Origin: Octopus vulgaris
Taxonomy: Eukaryota
Direction: 5' to 3'
DNA: 64,000 nucleotides
NCBI GenBank assembly: GCA_951406725.2
Contig: OX597817.1
Span: 2,418,001 to 2,482,000 of the forward strand
Positions 39,096 through 50,935 of the stretch are shown here, in pieces. The first letter of the stretch is position 1. Each line of letters starts with the position of its first letter. Position numbers and translations under genes: made by a program. Under the pieces are notes generated by a model. It saw only the letters and a program-made list of their open reading frames with translations, was not told the DNA's origin and ran no database searches.

Positions 39096-39798
39096 TGCCA
39101 AATATGCCGAAAAATTGGACATATTGTCCATTAACCATATAATATTTTCACAATACGCACGCTACTCGAATAAAGGTCGACAGAAATTTCTAAAAATTCC
39201 ATTATTTCCATATCGGACCGATTTCAGGGTTAGCTACTAAGAGCCCTCTCTTCATCAGTGATACATGTGGTAAAAGAAATAAATGAGATACTTACTTATA
39301 CCCATGGAAGAAGCAAATACTAAGTCATGGGCACAACTAAGTACCCCAAATACATCCAAAATACAAATACTCCAGCCCATCCGAGGCACGTGCGATTTGA
39401 ACTGAGGCTCTCACAGAGTGAGTTAGTTAGTTCGGAAGTGAACGCTTAAATTTATATCAAATGTGAGGATAAAATTCTTTTGGAAAAAAAAATATTTTCT
39501 CGAAAACAATTTTATCAATGGCCGGCATATTAAAAAATACATTTAACGGTTAAATTTATATAATTCATAAATGAGGGCAAAGGAAAAAAATTTCTAATGC
39601 CAAATATGCCGAAAAATTGGACATATTGTCCATTAACCATATCATTTTTTCACTATATGCACGCTACTCGAATAAAGGTCGACAGAAATTTCTAAAAAAT
39701 TCCATTATTACCATATCGGACCGATTTCAGAGTTAGCTACTAAGAGCCCTCTCTTCGTCAGTGATACATGTGGTAAAAGAAATTTATCCTCACATTTG

Positions 39799-39802
<4 letters not shown>
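39096..39802 (-). mobile_element. retrozyme/pLTR-like cassette: ~185 bp direct repeats, each with a hammerhead
   Basis: 39096-39280 is repeated at 39598-39783; hammerheads at 39210-39264 and 39713-39767; 27 bp inverted piece 39454-39480 / 39776-39802; (TA)n on both sides. Confidence 0.8.
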
Positions 39803-39855
<53 letters not shown>

Positions 39856-40040
39856 GTTTAGTGAAACGACACTATGCATACCATTTTTATCAACTTTTAA
39901 CATCTTCGGGAAACCAAGGAATATTCATTTAGCCTGCTCCCTCCCAGCCTCATTTTGCTTCAGTATCTTCGCTCACATATTAATTTGATATTCAGAATTT
40001 TCCTCTACGCTTGTCCCCGCTAATTTAGTATCCATTATTC

Positions 40041-40104
<64 letters not shown>

Positions 40105-40699
40105 AATCGATGTTTTACTGTTATATATTCAGCATGCCTATCTGAACATTTCTAGGCCAGGAATATCTGATATAATGCATGTCTTCTACTTGCCATGCGT
40201 ATTTCACTATGCATTAATTTTATTTTTATTTTTTGTTCTATTGTTTTATTTTCCATCGTATTGTTAATATCTCTGCTCATTTTTTTTACGTATTACCCAT
40301 CTTCGCAAGAGGAGAGAGGAAATAAACGATTCTATTTACAATAAGGAAAACAAAAGAAGAGAAAGCGAGTTAGAAAATACGTAAAGCATGCTGCCTAGAA
40401 GAAATTGCTCCTGTTTGTTGCGATCGTAATTGTTTTATGCAGAGTCGAAGAGCAGAGGATATACCTGATATGGAACGTTCGCTAATATGTAGATGTCTCA
40501 CAGGCTTTGCTCAGAAAGTAACGAATCAGGATGCACGTTCACACTAACGAGCATGTACACCAGTCATACATATTCACGCACATACATTATTATTATTATT
40601 ATTGTTGCTGTGACTGCTTTTGTACATAGATTTATAAATGCAAACAAGTTTATGCTGGTATTTATTAATTTAAGAGCAAAAAGCAACTACTACTACTAC

Positions 40700-40935
40700 T
40701 ACTACAACTACTGCAATGATAGATATATGTATATATGTATGTACATTTATATATGTATGTATATGTATGTACATATACACACACACATACACACGCATAT
40801 AGTATATATATATTATGTCAATATACACAAGAGCATTTCGATGTTTCCATACGCATATGTGCTTGTTATGTTATTATTTATAACAGTAGATGAACGTGTG
40901 CTCACAAACATATATACATAAATGCATACATAATT

Positions 40936-40989
<54 letters not shown>

Positions 40990-41057
40990 TATACATTTAT
41001 ATATATATATGTATATATATATATATTTATACATATATATATATATATATATATATA

Positions 41058-41095
<38 letters not shown>

Positions 41096-41128
41096 TATAC
41101 TTGCATACACATATATATATATACGTAC

Positions 41129-41159
<31 letters not shown>

Positions 41160-41274
41160 CATGCATACATATATATATAATGGAGAAATTCTACAAAATG
41201 TATAAGTAGATGATAGATAAAGTGTTGTACCCAATAATGTCTTTTACACATTCCATCTCCTATTTTATCAATAC

Positions 41275-41313
<39 letters not shown>

Positions 41314-41335
41314 TTGTGTGTGTGTTTGTGTGTGT
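40700..41335. repeat. compound (TA)n/(TG)n microsatellite region
   Basis: Read directly. Confidence 0.95.
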
Positions 41336-41478
41336 GAAAAACAAGAACGAAAATGCTATTTTCTTAAAAGTGGGAACATTTTTATTTTCCTTTTACATGT
41401 TTCGGTTTTGGAAAAATCGGCAACTAAGATTCGTAATGTATGTATGTATTTATGTATGTATGCATGTATGTATCTATC

Positions 41479-41524
<46 letters not shown>

Positions 41525-41525
<1 letters not shown>

Positions 41526-41939
41526 TCTTACTCTTTTACTCTTTTACTTGTTTCAGTCATTTGACTGCGGCCATGCTGGAGCACCGCCTTTAGTCGAGCA
41601 AATCGACCCCGGCACTTATTCTTTGTAAGCCCAGTACTTATTCTATCGGTCTCTTTTGCCGAGCCACTAAGTGACGGGGACGTAAACACACCAGCATCGG
41701 TTGTCAAGCAATGCTAGGGGGACAAACACAGACACGCAAACACACGCATACACATATATATATATATACATATATACGACAGGCTTCTTTCAGTTTCCGT
41801 CTACCAAATCCACTCACAAGGCATTGGTCAGCCCGGGGCTATAGCAGAAGACACTTGCCCAAGATGCCACGCAGTGGGACTGAACCCGGAACCATGGGGT
41901 TGGTTAGCAAGCTACTTACCACACAGCCACTCCTGCGCC
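41525..41939 (-). mobile_element. tRNA-derived SINE family B, full length, young
   Basis: Head GGCGCAGGAGTGGCTGTGTGGTAAG...GGGTTCAGTCCC; internal TA/TG microsatellite; (GTAAAAGA)n tail; nearly identical to 47363-47759. Confidence 0.92.
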
Positions 41940-42107
41940 GATATATATAACTTATAAGTAAGGGCTAAAGAAAATTATTTCAATGCCGATATGCTGATAA
42001 CAGACTATTAAATCGTCAATTTCTACATATTATTTACTCGCTACAGAAAAAACCGAAGAACTGAAATCGGGCAAGCCGGCCGATAGAATTTTTAAAAAGT
42101 TCGTTAT

Positions 42108-42167
42108 TTCTATATTGAATCAATTTCAGAATTAATCTCATAAGAGACTTATTTCTCTTCAGTAGAA
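42108..42167 (-). ncRNA. type I hammerhead ribozyme
   Basis: UUCUA-CUGAAGA-GAAAUAAGUCUC-UUAU-GAGAUUAAUUCU-GAAA-UUGAUUCA-AUA-UAGAA, inside TA-flanked cassette 41950-42350. Confidence 0.75.
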
Positions 42168-42350
42168 CTTACGAAAGGATATAAACAAGTTACTTACATG
42201 CGCCCATGGAAAAAGCCAAAGCAAAAATCATAAGCACATTTAAGTACCCCAGATATATCTAAAAATAAAATTTTTGGGTCAGCCTCAGTACAACGTGTTG
42301 ACTGTTCCCCACTACAAGTTATAGTGGTTACCAGTCCCTATAGCGTGTAG

Positions 42351-42390
<40 letters not shown>

Positions 42391-42394
<4 letters not shown>

Positions 42395-43375
42395 TCATCA
42401 TCATCATCGTTTAGCGTCCGTTTTCCATGCTAGCATGGGTTGGACGGTTCTACTGGGGTCTGTGAAGCTAGAAGGCTTCATCAGGCCCAGTCAAATCTGG
42501 CAGTGTTTCTACGGCTGGATGCTCTTCGTAACGCCAACCACTCCGTGAGTGTAGTGGGTGCTTTTTACGTGCCACTCGCACAGGTGCCAGACAGAGCTGG
42601 AGAACGGCCACGAACGGATGGTGCTTTTTATGTGCCACCGGCACGAGGGCCAGGCGAGGCTGGCAACGGACACGAAACGGAAGGATCTCTTACATGCCAC
42701 CGGCACTGGTAACACATCTGCAATTTCCATTGATCGATTTCGATTCTGATCCTCACTTGTGTCAACGGGTCTTCACAAGTAGAGTTTCGACATGCCACCG
42801 GCACTGGTAACACATCAGCAATTTCCATTGATCGATTTCGATTCTGATCCTCACTTGCCTCAACAGGTCTTCACAAGTAGAGTTTTGTGTCCCAAGAAGG
42901 GAAGGTATGCATACGTAGGCTGGCTCCATCCCATGTAGAAGGCCACGGGTTATGGACTCACTTGTCCTGCCGGGTCTTCTCGCGCACAGCACACTTCCAG
43001 AGGTCTCGGTCTCTAGTCATTTCCTCAGTGAGACCTAAAGTTCGAAGGTCGTGCTTCACCACCTCGTCCCAGGTTTTCCTGGGTCTGTCTCTTCCACAGG
43101 TTTCCTCAACCACTAGGGTGTGGCACTTTTTCACACAACTATCTTCATCCATTCTCGTCACATGATCATACCAGCGCAAACGTCTCTCTTGCACACCACA
43201 ACTGATGCTTCTTAGGTTCAGCTTTTCTCTCAAGGTACTTACACTCTGCCGAGTATGAGTACTGACATTACACATCCATCGGAGCATACTGGCTTCATTT
43301 CTGCGAGCTTACGCATATCCTCAGCAGTCACGGCCCATGTTTCACTGCCATGTAGCATGGCTGTTCGTACACACG

Positions 43376-43380
<5 letters not shown>
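42391..43380 (-). mobile_element. RTE-clade LINE 3' end with long 3' UTR and (GAT)n tail
   Basis: VRTAMLHGSETWAV...MLRWMCNVS...QERRLRWYDHVTRM...GRDRPRKTWDEVVKHDL; ~97 bp tandem duplication in the UTR (42692-42886). Confidence 0.9.
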
Positions 43381-43436
<56 letters not shown>

Positions 43437-43441
<5 letters not shown>

Positions 43442-43640
43442 GTGTCTGTGTTCGTCCCCTCACCATCGCTTGACAACCAAGATTGGTGTATTTACGTCTC
43501 CGTAACTTAGCGGTTAGGCAAAAGACACCGATAGAATAAGTACTAGGCTTACTAAGAATAAGTCCTGGGGCTGATTTGTTCGACTAAAGGCGGTGCTCCA
43601 GCATGGCCGCAGTCAAATGGGTGAAACAAATAAAAGAATA
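43437..43640 (+). mobile_element. family B SINE 3' half
   Basis: cgcttgacaacc...gtaacttagcggttaggcaaaagacaccgatagaataagtact...ggcggtgctccagcatggccgcagtcaaatg. Confidence 0.85.
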
Positions 43641-43720
43641 TATATATTTGTACTGAACCTTGATAGATAATTCAATATAAAAGTACTCCATCTGGTGGTG
43701 ATAAATATTTTTATTTACAG

Positions 43721-43923
43721 GTCACAAAACATGTATTAAAGCGTTAATAATAGTTTCATACGTTGAGAAACCTCAAGCATATCCTTCAAGCGCAAACCAC
43801 ATAACCTAAAGACCTAACGAAATTGAATAATAGTAGAAACGCGGTGGTTTGCGCCTGAAGAATATGTTTGAGTTTTCTCAACATATGAAACTATTAGTAG
43901 CGCTTTAATATATATATTGTGAC
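43721..43923. repeat. TA-flanked inverted repeat (80 bp arms) carrying hammerheads
   Basis: 43721-43800 is the reverse complement of 43844-43923. Confidence 0.88.
43851..43903 (+). ncRNA. type I hammerhead ribozyme, intact core
   Basis: GCGC-CUGAAGA-AUAUGUUUGAG-UUUU-CUCAACAUAU-GAAA-CUAUUA-GUA-GCGC. Confidence 0.85.
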
Positions 43924-44061
43924 TTTTAGATAGTATATACCTCGATAGATAGACAAATAGATAAGTAGATAGGTAGGTAGCTAGGTCGCCATTCGTAATA
44001 TAATGGCTCCTTGAAATATTGAAGTTAAAATTCTACTGTTCCAATTATTTTGTCCAACCCC

Positions 44062-44092
<31 letters not shown>

Positions 44093-44270
44093 TGGCCAGC
44101 TCGCTTAGCCAGCGGGGTGGCGTCATTTGAAGGCTAAAACAATGTGAAGCGCATTGTGACCAGCGATGTGTAGCAACATCTGCTAACCTGGGCAATCACG
44201 ATGATGATAGCGATGTGTAGCAGCATCTGCTAACCTGGGAAATCACGATGATGATATATATATATATATA

Positions 44271-45150
44271 TGGTATTTTTATATAAGCTTAAAGCATATG
44301 ACGATCACCGTGCGATGACTAAGGAAAATAGTCTAATAAAGGAGCGTACAAGCCCTCGAGAGAAAAGAGAAGGCTTTCCTATCCGCGTGGGAGTCAAACC
44401 CACATCCCTTTTTAACGCGAATGTGTTACCTTTACATCAGCGAATCAGCCTCCCTTTCACTGTCATATCTAAGAACTATGATAGTTCCTGTTTGTTTTTA
44501 TGTAAATAAACTTTCCTTATGCTTTCCGTGCGAATGTTTTTTTTTTATACGGTACCGAGTTTACAATCCTGTAAAGATTATATAGTTAAAGGTGTAAAAG
44601 TGTAAAGATGTAAAGGTAACACACTTAGTCACGTTAACAAAGGGATGTAGGTTCGACTCCCACGCAGATAGGAAAGCCTTTTTTTTCTTTCGAGGGCTTA
44701 TATGCCCCTTTATTAGACTATTTTCTTTAGTCATTGCATGGTGATCCCCATAAGCTTTAAGCTCATATTAAAATGCCATTATTATTATTTACAGGATTGT
44801 CAACGCGGCGCCGTTTAATGAAAAAAAACCCAAAAACTTTCGCACCGAAAGTATATTGACAGTTTGCTTACATGAAAACAAACACGATGTATTATGGTTC
44901 TTAAGCTTGACAGAAATGGGGAAGCTGATTCGCTGGTGTAAAAGAAACACACTTCGCCGTGTTAACGTGTTAACAAAGAGATGTAGGTTCGACACCCACG
45001 CGGATAGGAAAGCCTTCTCTCGAGCGGTTATATCCCCATTTATTAGACTATTTTGCTTAGTAATTGCGCGCTGATTGCCATAAGCTTGAAGCTCATATTA
45101 AAATACCTTTATTATTATTATTTACAAGATTGTAAATTCGGCGCCGCATA
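44271..45150. repeat. ~340 bp repeat unit with an internal tRNA-like module; one inverted and two tandem copies
   Basis: 44271-44570 (-) versus 44605-44815 and 44815-45150 (+); each has ATTCGCTGgTGTAAAGGTAACAC...GATGTgGGTTCGACTCCCACGCGGAT. Confidence 0.8.
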
Positions 45151-45297
45151 AAAGAAGCAATCGCGCCGAAATTGCGAGGATGATCCGGTTCTTGACTGAA
45201 GATTGAAGGCTTCGAATGTCCCGTCCGTGTTTTTTGTATCGTCTTCTAAATGTTTTGCGTTCTTGTCCCAGTTTGTATTTTTGTACATATACATATA

Positions 45298-45344
<47 letters not shown>

Positions 45345-46134
45345 AGATAGATGCACACACACGCAGATAACATGCACACACACATACACAACGCACACAT
45401 ACGTTTGTACATTAATAAGACACTGTACGTAGACACACTGTGTAGAAATGTTAGCGTTTTATTGATGTGATAAGCATCAGATAGCGATGTAGTGAAGAAA
45501 CTTGGTGAAAAATAGGAAGGTTTTCGGATGGGAGGAAGTGCTAATAAATAAAGAAATATATAAATAAACAATAGTGAATAAGGAAACCATGACAGAAACA
45601 AATAAGCAATGATAATATTTTATAAGGAAGGATGATGCAAAGGAATGAATAAAATAGAATTATTTAGGAATGTGTCAAGTTAACATGGGGCACGGTATTA
45701 TGGGTAAAATATGCTAAGGATATACACGTGATTAATGGGGGAAAGCAGAGTTGCGTATAAAATATGATGGCGGACGTGAAAGTGACGAATGATTGTTACA
45801 ACGGGAAATAGCAAAATGAATACGAGAGAATAACTTATAAATATGCATCAGCTCAAACACTTATACTATTATATATATGTAAAATCCGCTCGCAATTTTA
45901 ACACACATACGTACGCGTGCGCATGTATACATGCATACATCCACACATCTATACATATATACACATATACATATATATTAAAACTGTGTGTATGTGTATG
46001 TATAAATGTGCTCACGATTCTTAACACACACACGCACGCGTGTGCATGTATACCTACTTACGTACATCCATCCATACATATATATATGCATACATATATA
46101 CACATAGACACATATCTCCGGCTATCTATCTATC

Positions 46135-46745
46135 TGCGGCTTTATATAGCTGTGGTACAACCTCACTTGGAATTTGCATCACCGGTCTGGAACCCCTATC
46201 TTGCCCAGGACATTAATCGTTTGGAAGCCGTTCGGCGACGTGCAACCAAGAGAATACCCTCCATCAAGCATTTGTCATATTCTGAACGACTTACTTCCCT
46301 GGGCATGGACACATTGAAACTCCGACGTCTGGCAGCTGATTTGGCAGACACCCATAAAATTATTAACCATCTTACAAACAATAACTCTGAGCACCTTTTC
46401 AAACTCCACCCGTCTAACACCCATGGACATATTTACAAAGTCAGAAAACAGCACAGCTCCCATGACTTTAGGAAACATTTTTTTCACGCTGAGAGTTGCT
46501 GAAGCATGGAACAAACTGCTGGCATCAGTTGTTAGTTGTCGGAGCACTGCATCCTTCAAAACTTCCATGCTTTCTGAGATTCGCCAACACTACGCCTGAT
46601 TTTCTCCCCTCCATACACACACAAACATGTATCTGACTCGTACATTGTTCGCTTTCCAGACATTCGTACGTTACTGCATATACTTTATATGCACATTTCA
46701 CAAGTTGTGGTGCACCTGAGCACTGTATACAATAATTTCATTATA
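46135..46745 (+). mobile_element. CR1-clade LINE 3' fragment
   Basis: LYIAVVQPHLEFASPVWNPYLAQDINRLEAVRRRATKRIP..LSYSERL..L..TLKLRRLAADL...FRKHFF..RVAEAWNKL. Confidence 0.9.
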
Positions 46746-46760
46746 TTATATATATATATA

Positions 46761-46792
<32 letters not shown>

Positions 46793-46812
46793 AGTGTGTG
46801 TGTTTGTGTGAC

Positions 46813-46950
46813 GGCCTTCTTTCAATTTCCGGCTGTCAAATCCACTCGCAAGGCTTTGGTCGGCTCGAAGCTACAGTGGAAGACACTTGACGAAGGTGCC
46901 ACGCAATTGGACTGAGCCCGGAATCATGTTGTGGGAAGCTAGCTTCTTGC
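46813..46950 (-). mobile_element. family B SINE 5' half
   Basis: ccttctttcaatttccg..caaatccactcgcaaggctttggtcgg...gaagacacttg..aaggtgccacgca...gactgagcccggaa. Confidence 0.8.
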
Positions 46951-46987
<37 letters not shown>

Positions 46988-47362
46988 TCATATCCAATAT
47001 TATTTTCTTAGACAGAAAAAAGATGAATTAGCGAGGCTAGTTTACTTTTTGTATTGAGTTTCATCAGCGTCTGCATACCCTCTTTAACTGTCCACGGAAA
47101 CAGTGTACATGTTATTTTATCATTGCACCTTCTCAATAAATGGGTTGCGGACATATTGGAGCACTACCTTGAAACGTCTTGTCATATAAATCGCCCTCGT
47201 ATCTATTTCCCTTTTAATCCGGAATTCTCTCTTTTTTTTACAAGACCCTTTATGTTGTGATGATATAAATAAAACAACTCAAGTTGGTAAGCAGTGGTAG
47301 ATCTGAGGTTCTTTTGCCTTGTGCCGGGATTGATAAATATATTACAAGCCGATACAAATGAA

Positions 47363-47759
47363 TACTTTTTTACTCTTTTACTTGTTTCAGTCATTTGACT
47401 GCGGCCATGCTGGAGCACCGCCTTTAGTCGAGCAAATCGACCCCGGGACTTATTCTTTGTAAGCCCAGTACTTATTCTATCGGTCTCTTTTGCCGAACCG
47501 CTAGGTGACGGGGACGTAAACACACCAGCATCGGTTGTCAAGCAATGCTAGGGGGACAAACACAGACACACAAACACACACACACATATATATACATATA
47601 TACGACAGGCTTCTTTCAGTTTCCGTCTACCAAATCCACTCACAAGGCATTGGTCGGCCCGGGGCTATAGCAGAAGACACTTGCCCAAGATGCCACGCAG
47701 TGGGACTGAACCCGAAACCATGTGGTTGGTTAGCAAGCTACTTACCACACAGCCACTCC
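47363..47759 (-). mobile_element. family B SINE, near full length
   Basis: Near-identical to 41525-41939. Confidence 0.92.
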
Positions 47760-48362
47760 AGAAATTATTTATATAAAACACATGACTTTTATTACTAAGT
47801 TGTGTTGCAATATAATATAATAGAGAGAAAAGCTCAACACCAGTAGCAAAAAACAAACAGATCGTACGGACGAATGTGAGACTCTTAATAAAGTACTGGA
47901 GATAAGCAAATATAACAGAATAGCAAAAAATATAAATGGACACGTGAGGAATAGGTATTGATTTTATATACATAACATATATCCACACTCTAGCAAAAAT
48001 AAAACAAAAAGCGGACTAAACATATTATTTTCGTATAAAATTGGAGAGAAAATAGTCAAGAAGTAAACGGATGAATGAATCCCAACGGTGTAGCAACGTT
48101 AAGAATTATACGTTTTCAAAGCCAAGAAGGAAAACAAAAAAAAGAAGAGGAGAAAAATCAGAGATCGAAAAAGATTGTTTGAAAGGAAGACTATACAACG
48201 AGAACACACGTAACTATATATATATGTGTGCCTATATTTATATACATACATAGAAAAATAGATAGATAAATAAAGCATATAAATAAATATATTGATAGAT
48301 AAAATAAAAAGTGTACTATATATATGTGTGTGTGCGTGTATATATAAATGTATATATATACA

Positions 48363-48400
<38 letters not shown>

Positions 48401-48451
48401 TAGGTAGATAGATAGTGTACTATATATGTGTATATATATATATACATGTAT

Positions 48452-48488
<37 letters not shown>

Positions 48489-48549
48489 GATACAATGACA
48501 GACAGACGGACAAACAGAGAGACGGACAAATAAAGTTTGAAAAGGTAAA

Positions 48550-49520
48550 TCATGCTGATATGAGTGCAAATAAAAGTAATTACAAAACACGAAGTGTTAA
48601 TACACCTGCAGAATACAGATCATTAAATTCCAAACCAAAACGACGCATAAAAAAGAATTAAAAGATATAAGAAGACTGTGAAATCAAAGAACGCCTGAAA
48701 CTAGAGATACTTCCTAAAATGCAAAGAAACCATAGGTATGAAAAGCAGCAACGATACTTTTAACAAAACGATTTTATAAAAAGTGTCTAAAAATATAGAG
48801 AAAATCGATATGGACCCAGCAGCAAGAACAGTAAAATTCTAAGGAGGATTATGGACGGAAAAAGAATCACTAAAGATGAATGAAATTCTTCAACTCAAGG
48901 AACACATCAGCTGAACAATTATAGATGCCACAAATATTCAAAACGTAGCTTAGAAACTAACAGAAGCCAAAACAAAAGTGAAGAAATAAAGAAAAACGAA
49001 AAGGAAAACATGGAACTGGGAAGCCTGCTTGAAATATTTAGCAGGAACACCTGACGTGATACTTATTGTGGTTCCAGTAGTAACGGAGCAAAAGTCTCAG
49101 TAGTTCACTGATGAGGAGAAACATTTTAATCCACAAGACTACCAGAGATCAACAACGTGTCTTTCTCTCGATTACAATATCTTAATATGAGAGTGGATAA
49201 ATAAAACACCTGGAATAAAGCAGACCGTTTTCAAAAACAAAGACAAAACTAAACTAAACTAAAAATGGAAAAAATCAGAAGAGATGCGGCAAAGATTCAT
49301 ATGTTTGCAAAGATAGATTATCAATGAGAAAAGCCATAACCGAGGCCTGCGAGAAAGAGGAGTCTGCCCATGGCATGGATTGAATGCCAGATGCTTACTT
49401 GGATACTATAAACGTTAACCATGAGTAAATTAGGACCAATACTAAGCAGATACTTGAGTAAAAATGTCATAGCTGAAAGCAAAACTTCTGGAGATATAAA
49501 AGGGTTGAGGTGAAATCCTG
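48550..49520 (+). mobile_element. heavily decayed RLE (R4-like) LINE RT region
   Basis: Remnants ENMELGS/NWEA, DYQRSTTCLS (cf. NYRPITCL), GCGKDSYVCKDRL..KAI (cf. GCKDQLLI), LPMAWIECQ (cf. AWIDY). Confidence 0.55.
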
Positions 49521-49550
49521 ACACCCCTGAACAGTTATAAGTAGACATTA

Positions 49551-50935
49551 TGAAAGGCGCATGCGTACTGACAATGCGATGTACAGTGTGATGTGTGCAG
49601 TCGCAGAAGTCGTTAAGAAGAGATATTTCTTTGGTGTTTGTTACTGATTTAGTTTCTGTAGTGTTATAACGATGTTACAGTGTAGTCTATACCGAAACTC
49701 AAGGATATAAAAGTGGCGATGAGACATTTGAAGCTGACTGTGGATGTTCTTAGCATGGAAGTACTATTGCTTCTGCGGAACACTTGCAACGGAAACTACA
49801 ATAGCAACAACAAAAACAACAGCAATAGCAGCAACAATTGCAGCGACAACTACAACAGCAACAACAGAAACAGTAACAACAGGTACAACAGCAGCAACAA
49901 CAACAACAACAACAGTAAAATCAACAGTTGTTGGAATTACTATTGCTGTCCCAAATCACTCCAGGTTCGTTTTCGGCAGCCGGGGTTGCTAATTCAATTG
50001 AAGAATTTACTTATAATCCAGAAGAAGAGATTCGCGCATACTTCAGAGGGTTGGAAGGAAACTCCTAAGAAGAATGTAAAAATTGGACGGACGAAAAGAA
50101 GGTACGACCTCTTTTAAGGAAATTATCACCTACAGAACATGAAAAGTATTGTAATTACATCCTGCCGAGAAAACCATTCGAAATTTGTTTCGAGGAAACA
50201 ATTAACCTGTTATCTAAAATATTCAGTGAAAGAAGTCCACTATTTAATATTCGCTGGGGGTGCTTCAGTTTGAAAAAGAAACTGAAGATTTCATCACGTA
50301 TGCCGGAATCGTAAACAGAGAATGGGTAAAATTTAAACTAAACGAATTAACCCGGACATGTCCAAATGTCTAATCTTTGTACAATGATTAACTGCAGGCA
50401 AAGATGCAGAGATACAGGCTCGGATATTGGCAAAACTAGAACAAGATTCGCAACTAACTCTAAAGGCAGTGGCTGAAGAATGCCAAAGGATTATAAATTT
50501 ATGACAGGACGCAGAAAAAAATTGAAAAAGGCTATTCAAATATACATACGTACATATGTGTCGACCTGTAACAGATAAGAAAAGAGAAAAACAACAGTCA
50601 AGACCTAAACCTTGCTATGGATGTGGAGAAATACATTTTAAAAGAAACTGACCTTTTAAAAATTTAAAATGTTTGGGATGTGGAAAAATCGGACATAAGA
50701 ATTCACATTGTTGGGTGAAACGAAAGAGGTCGCAAAAAATTCGAGAAAAAAGTATTGTCAGCACAAATGCAAAGCGAGGCATTTTGCAAATTGTCTCCAT
50801 AAAAATAAATAATGTGAATACGAGACTACAGTTGGACACAAATAGTGATATCGCGATAATAACGATGGTGCCTGGAGAAAAAACAGGAAAGCCTACATTT
50901 TTGGTCGAAATGATAGGTGAGGTAACATTTCGTAT
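49551..50935 (+). mobile_element. Ty3/Gypsy LTR retrotransposon remnant, 5' part (LTR, PBS, gag, protease)
   Basis: PBS-like TGGCGATGAG at 49714; polyQ gag; IEEFTYNPEE; two knuckles CYGCGEIH..*/CLGCGKIGHKNSHC; protease LQLDTNSDIAII. Confidence 0.8.

Noticed and set aside
42692-42886. Tandem repeats as a CRISPR-like array (also 44162-44256)
   Set aside because: Simple two-copy duplications in LINE 3' UTRs; eukaryotic context, no spacers or cas genes
45843-46502. 219 aa ORF as a host gene
   Set aside because: Microsatellite fused in frame to a CR1 LINE fragment
49108-49125. CTGATGAGGAGAAAC
   Set aside because: No stems; lies inside a LINE RT remnant, likely chance
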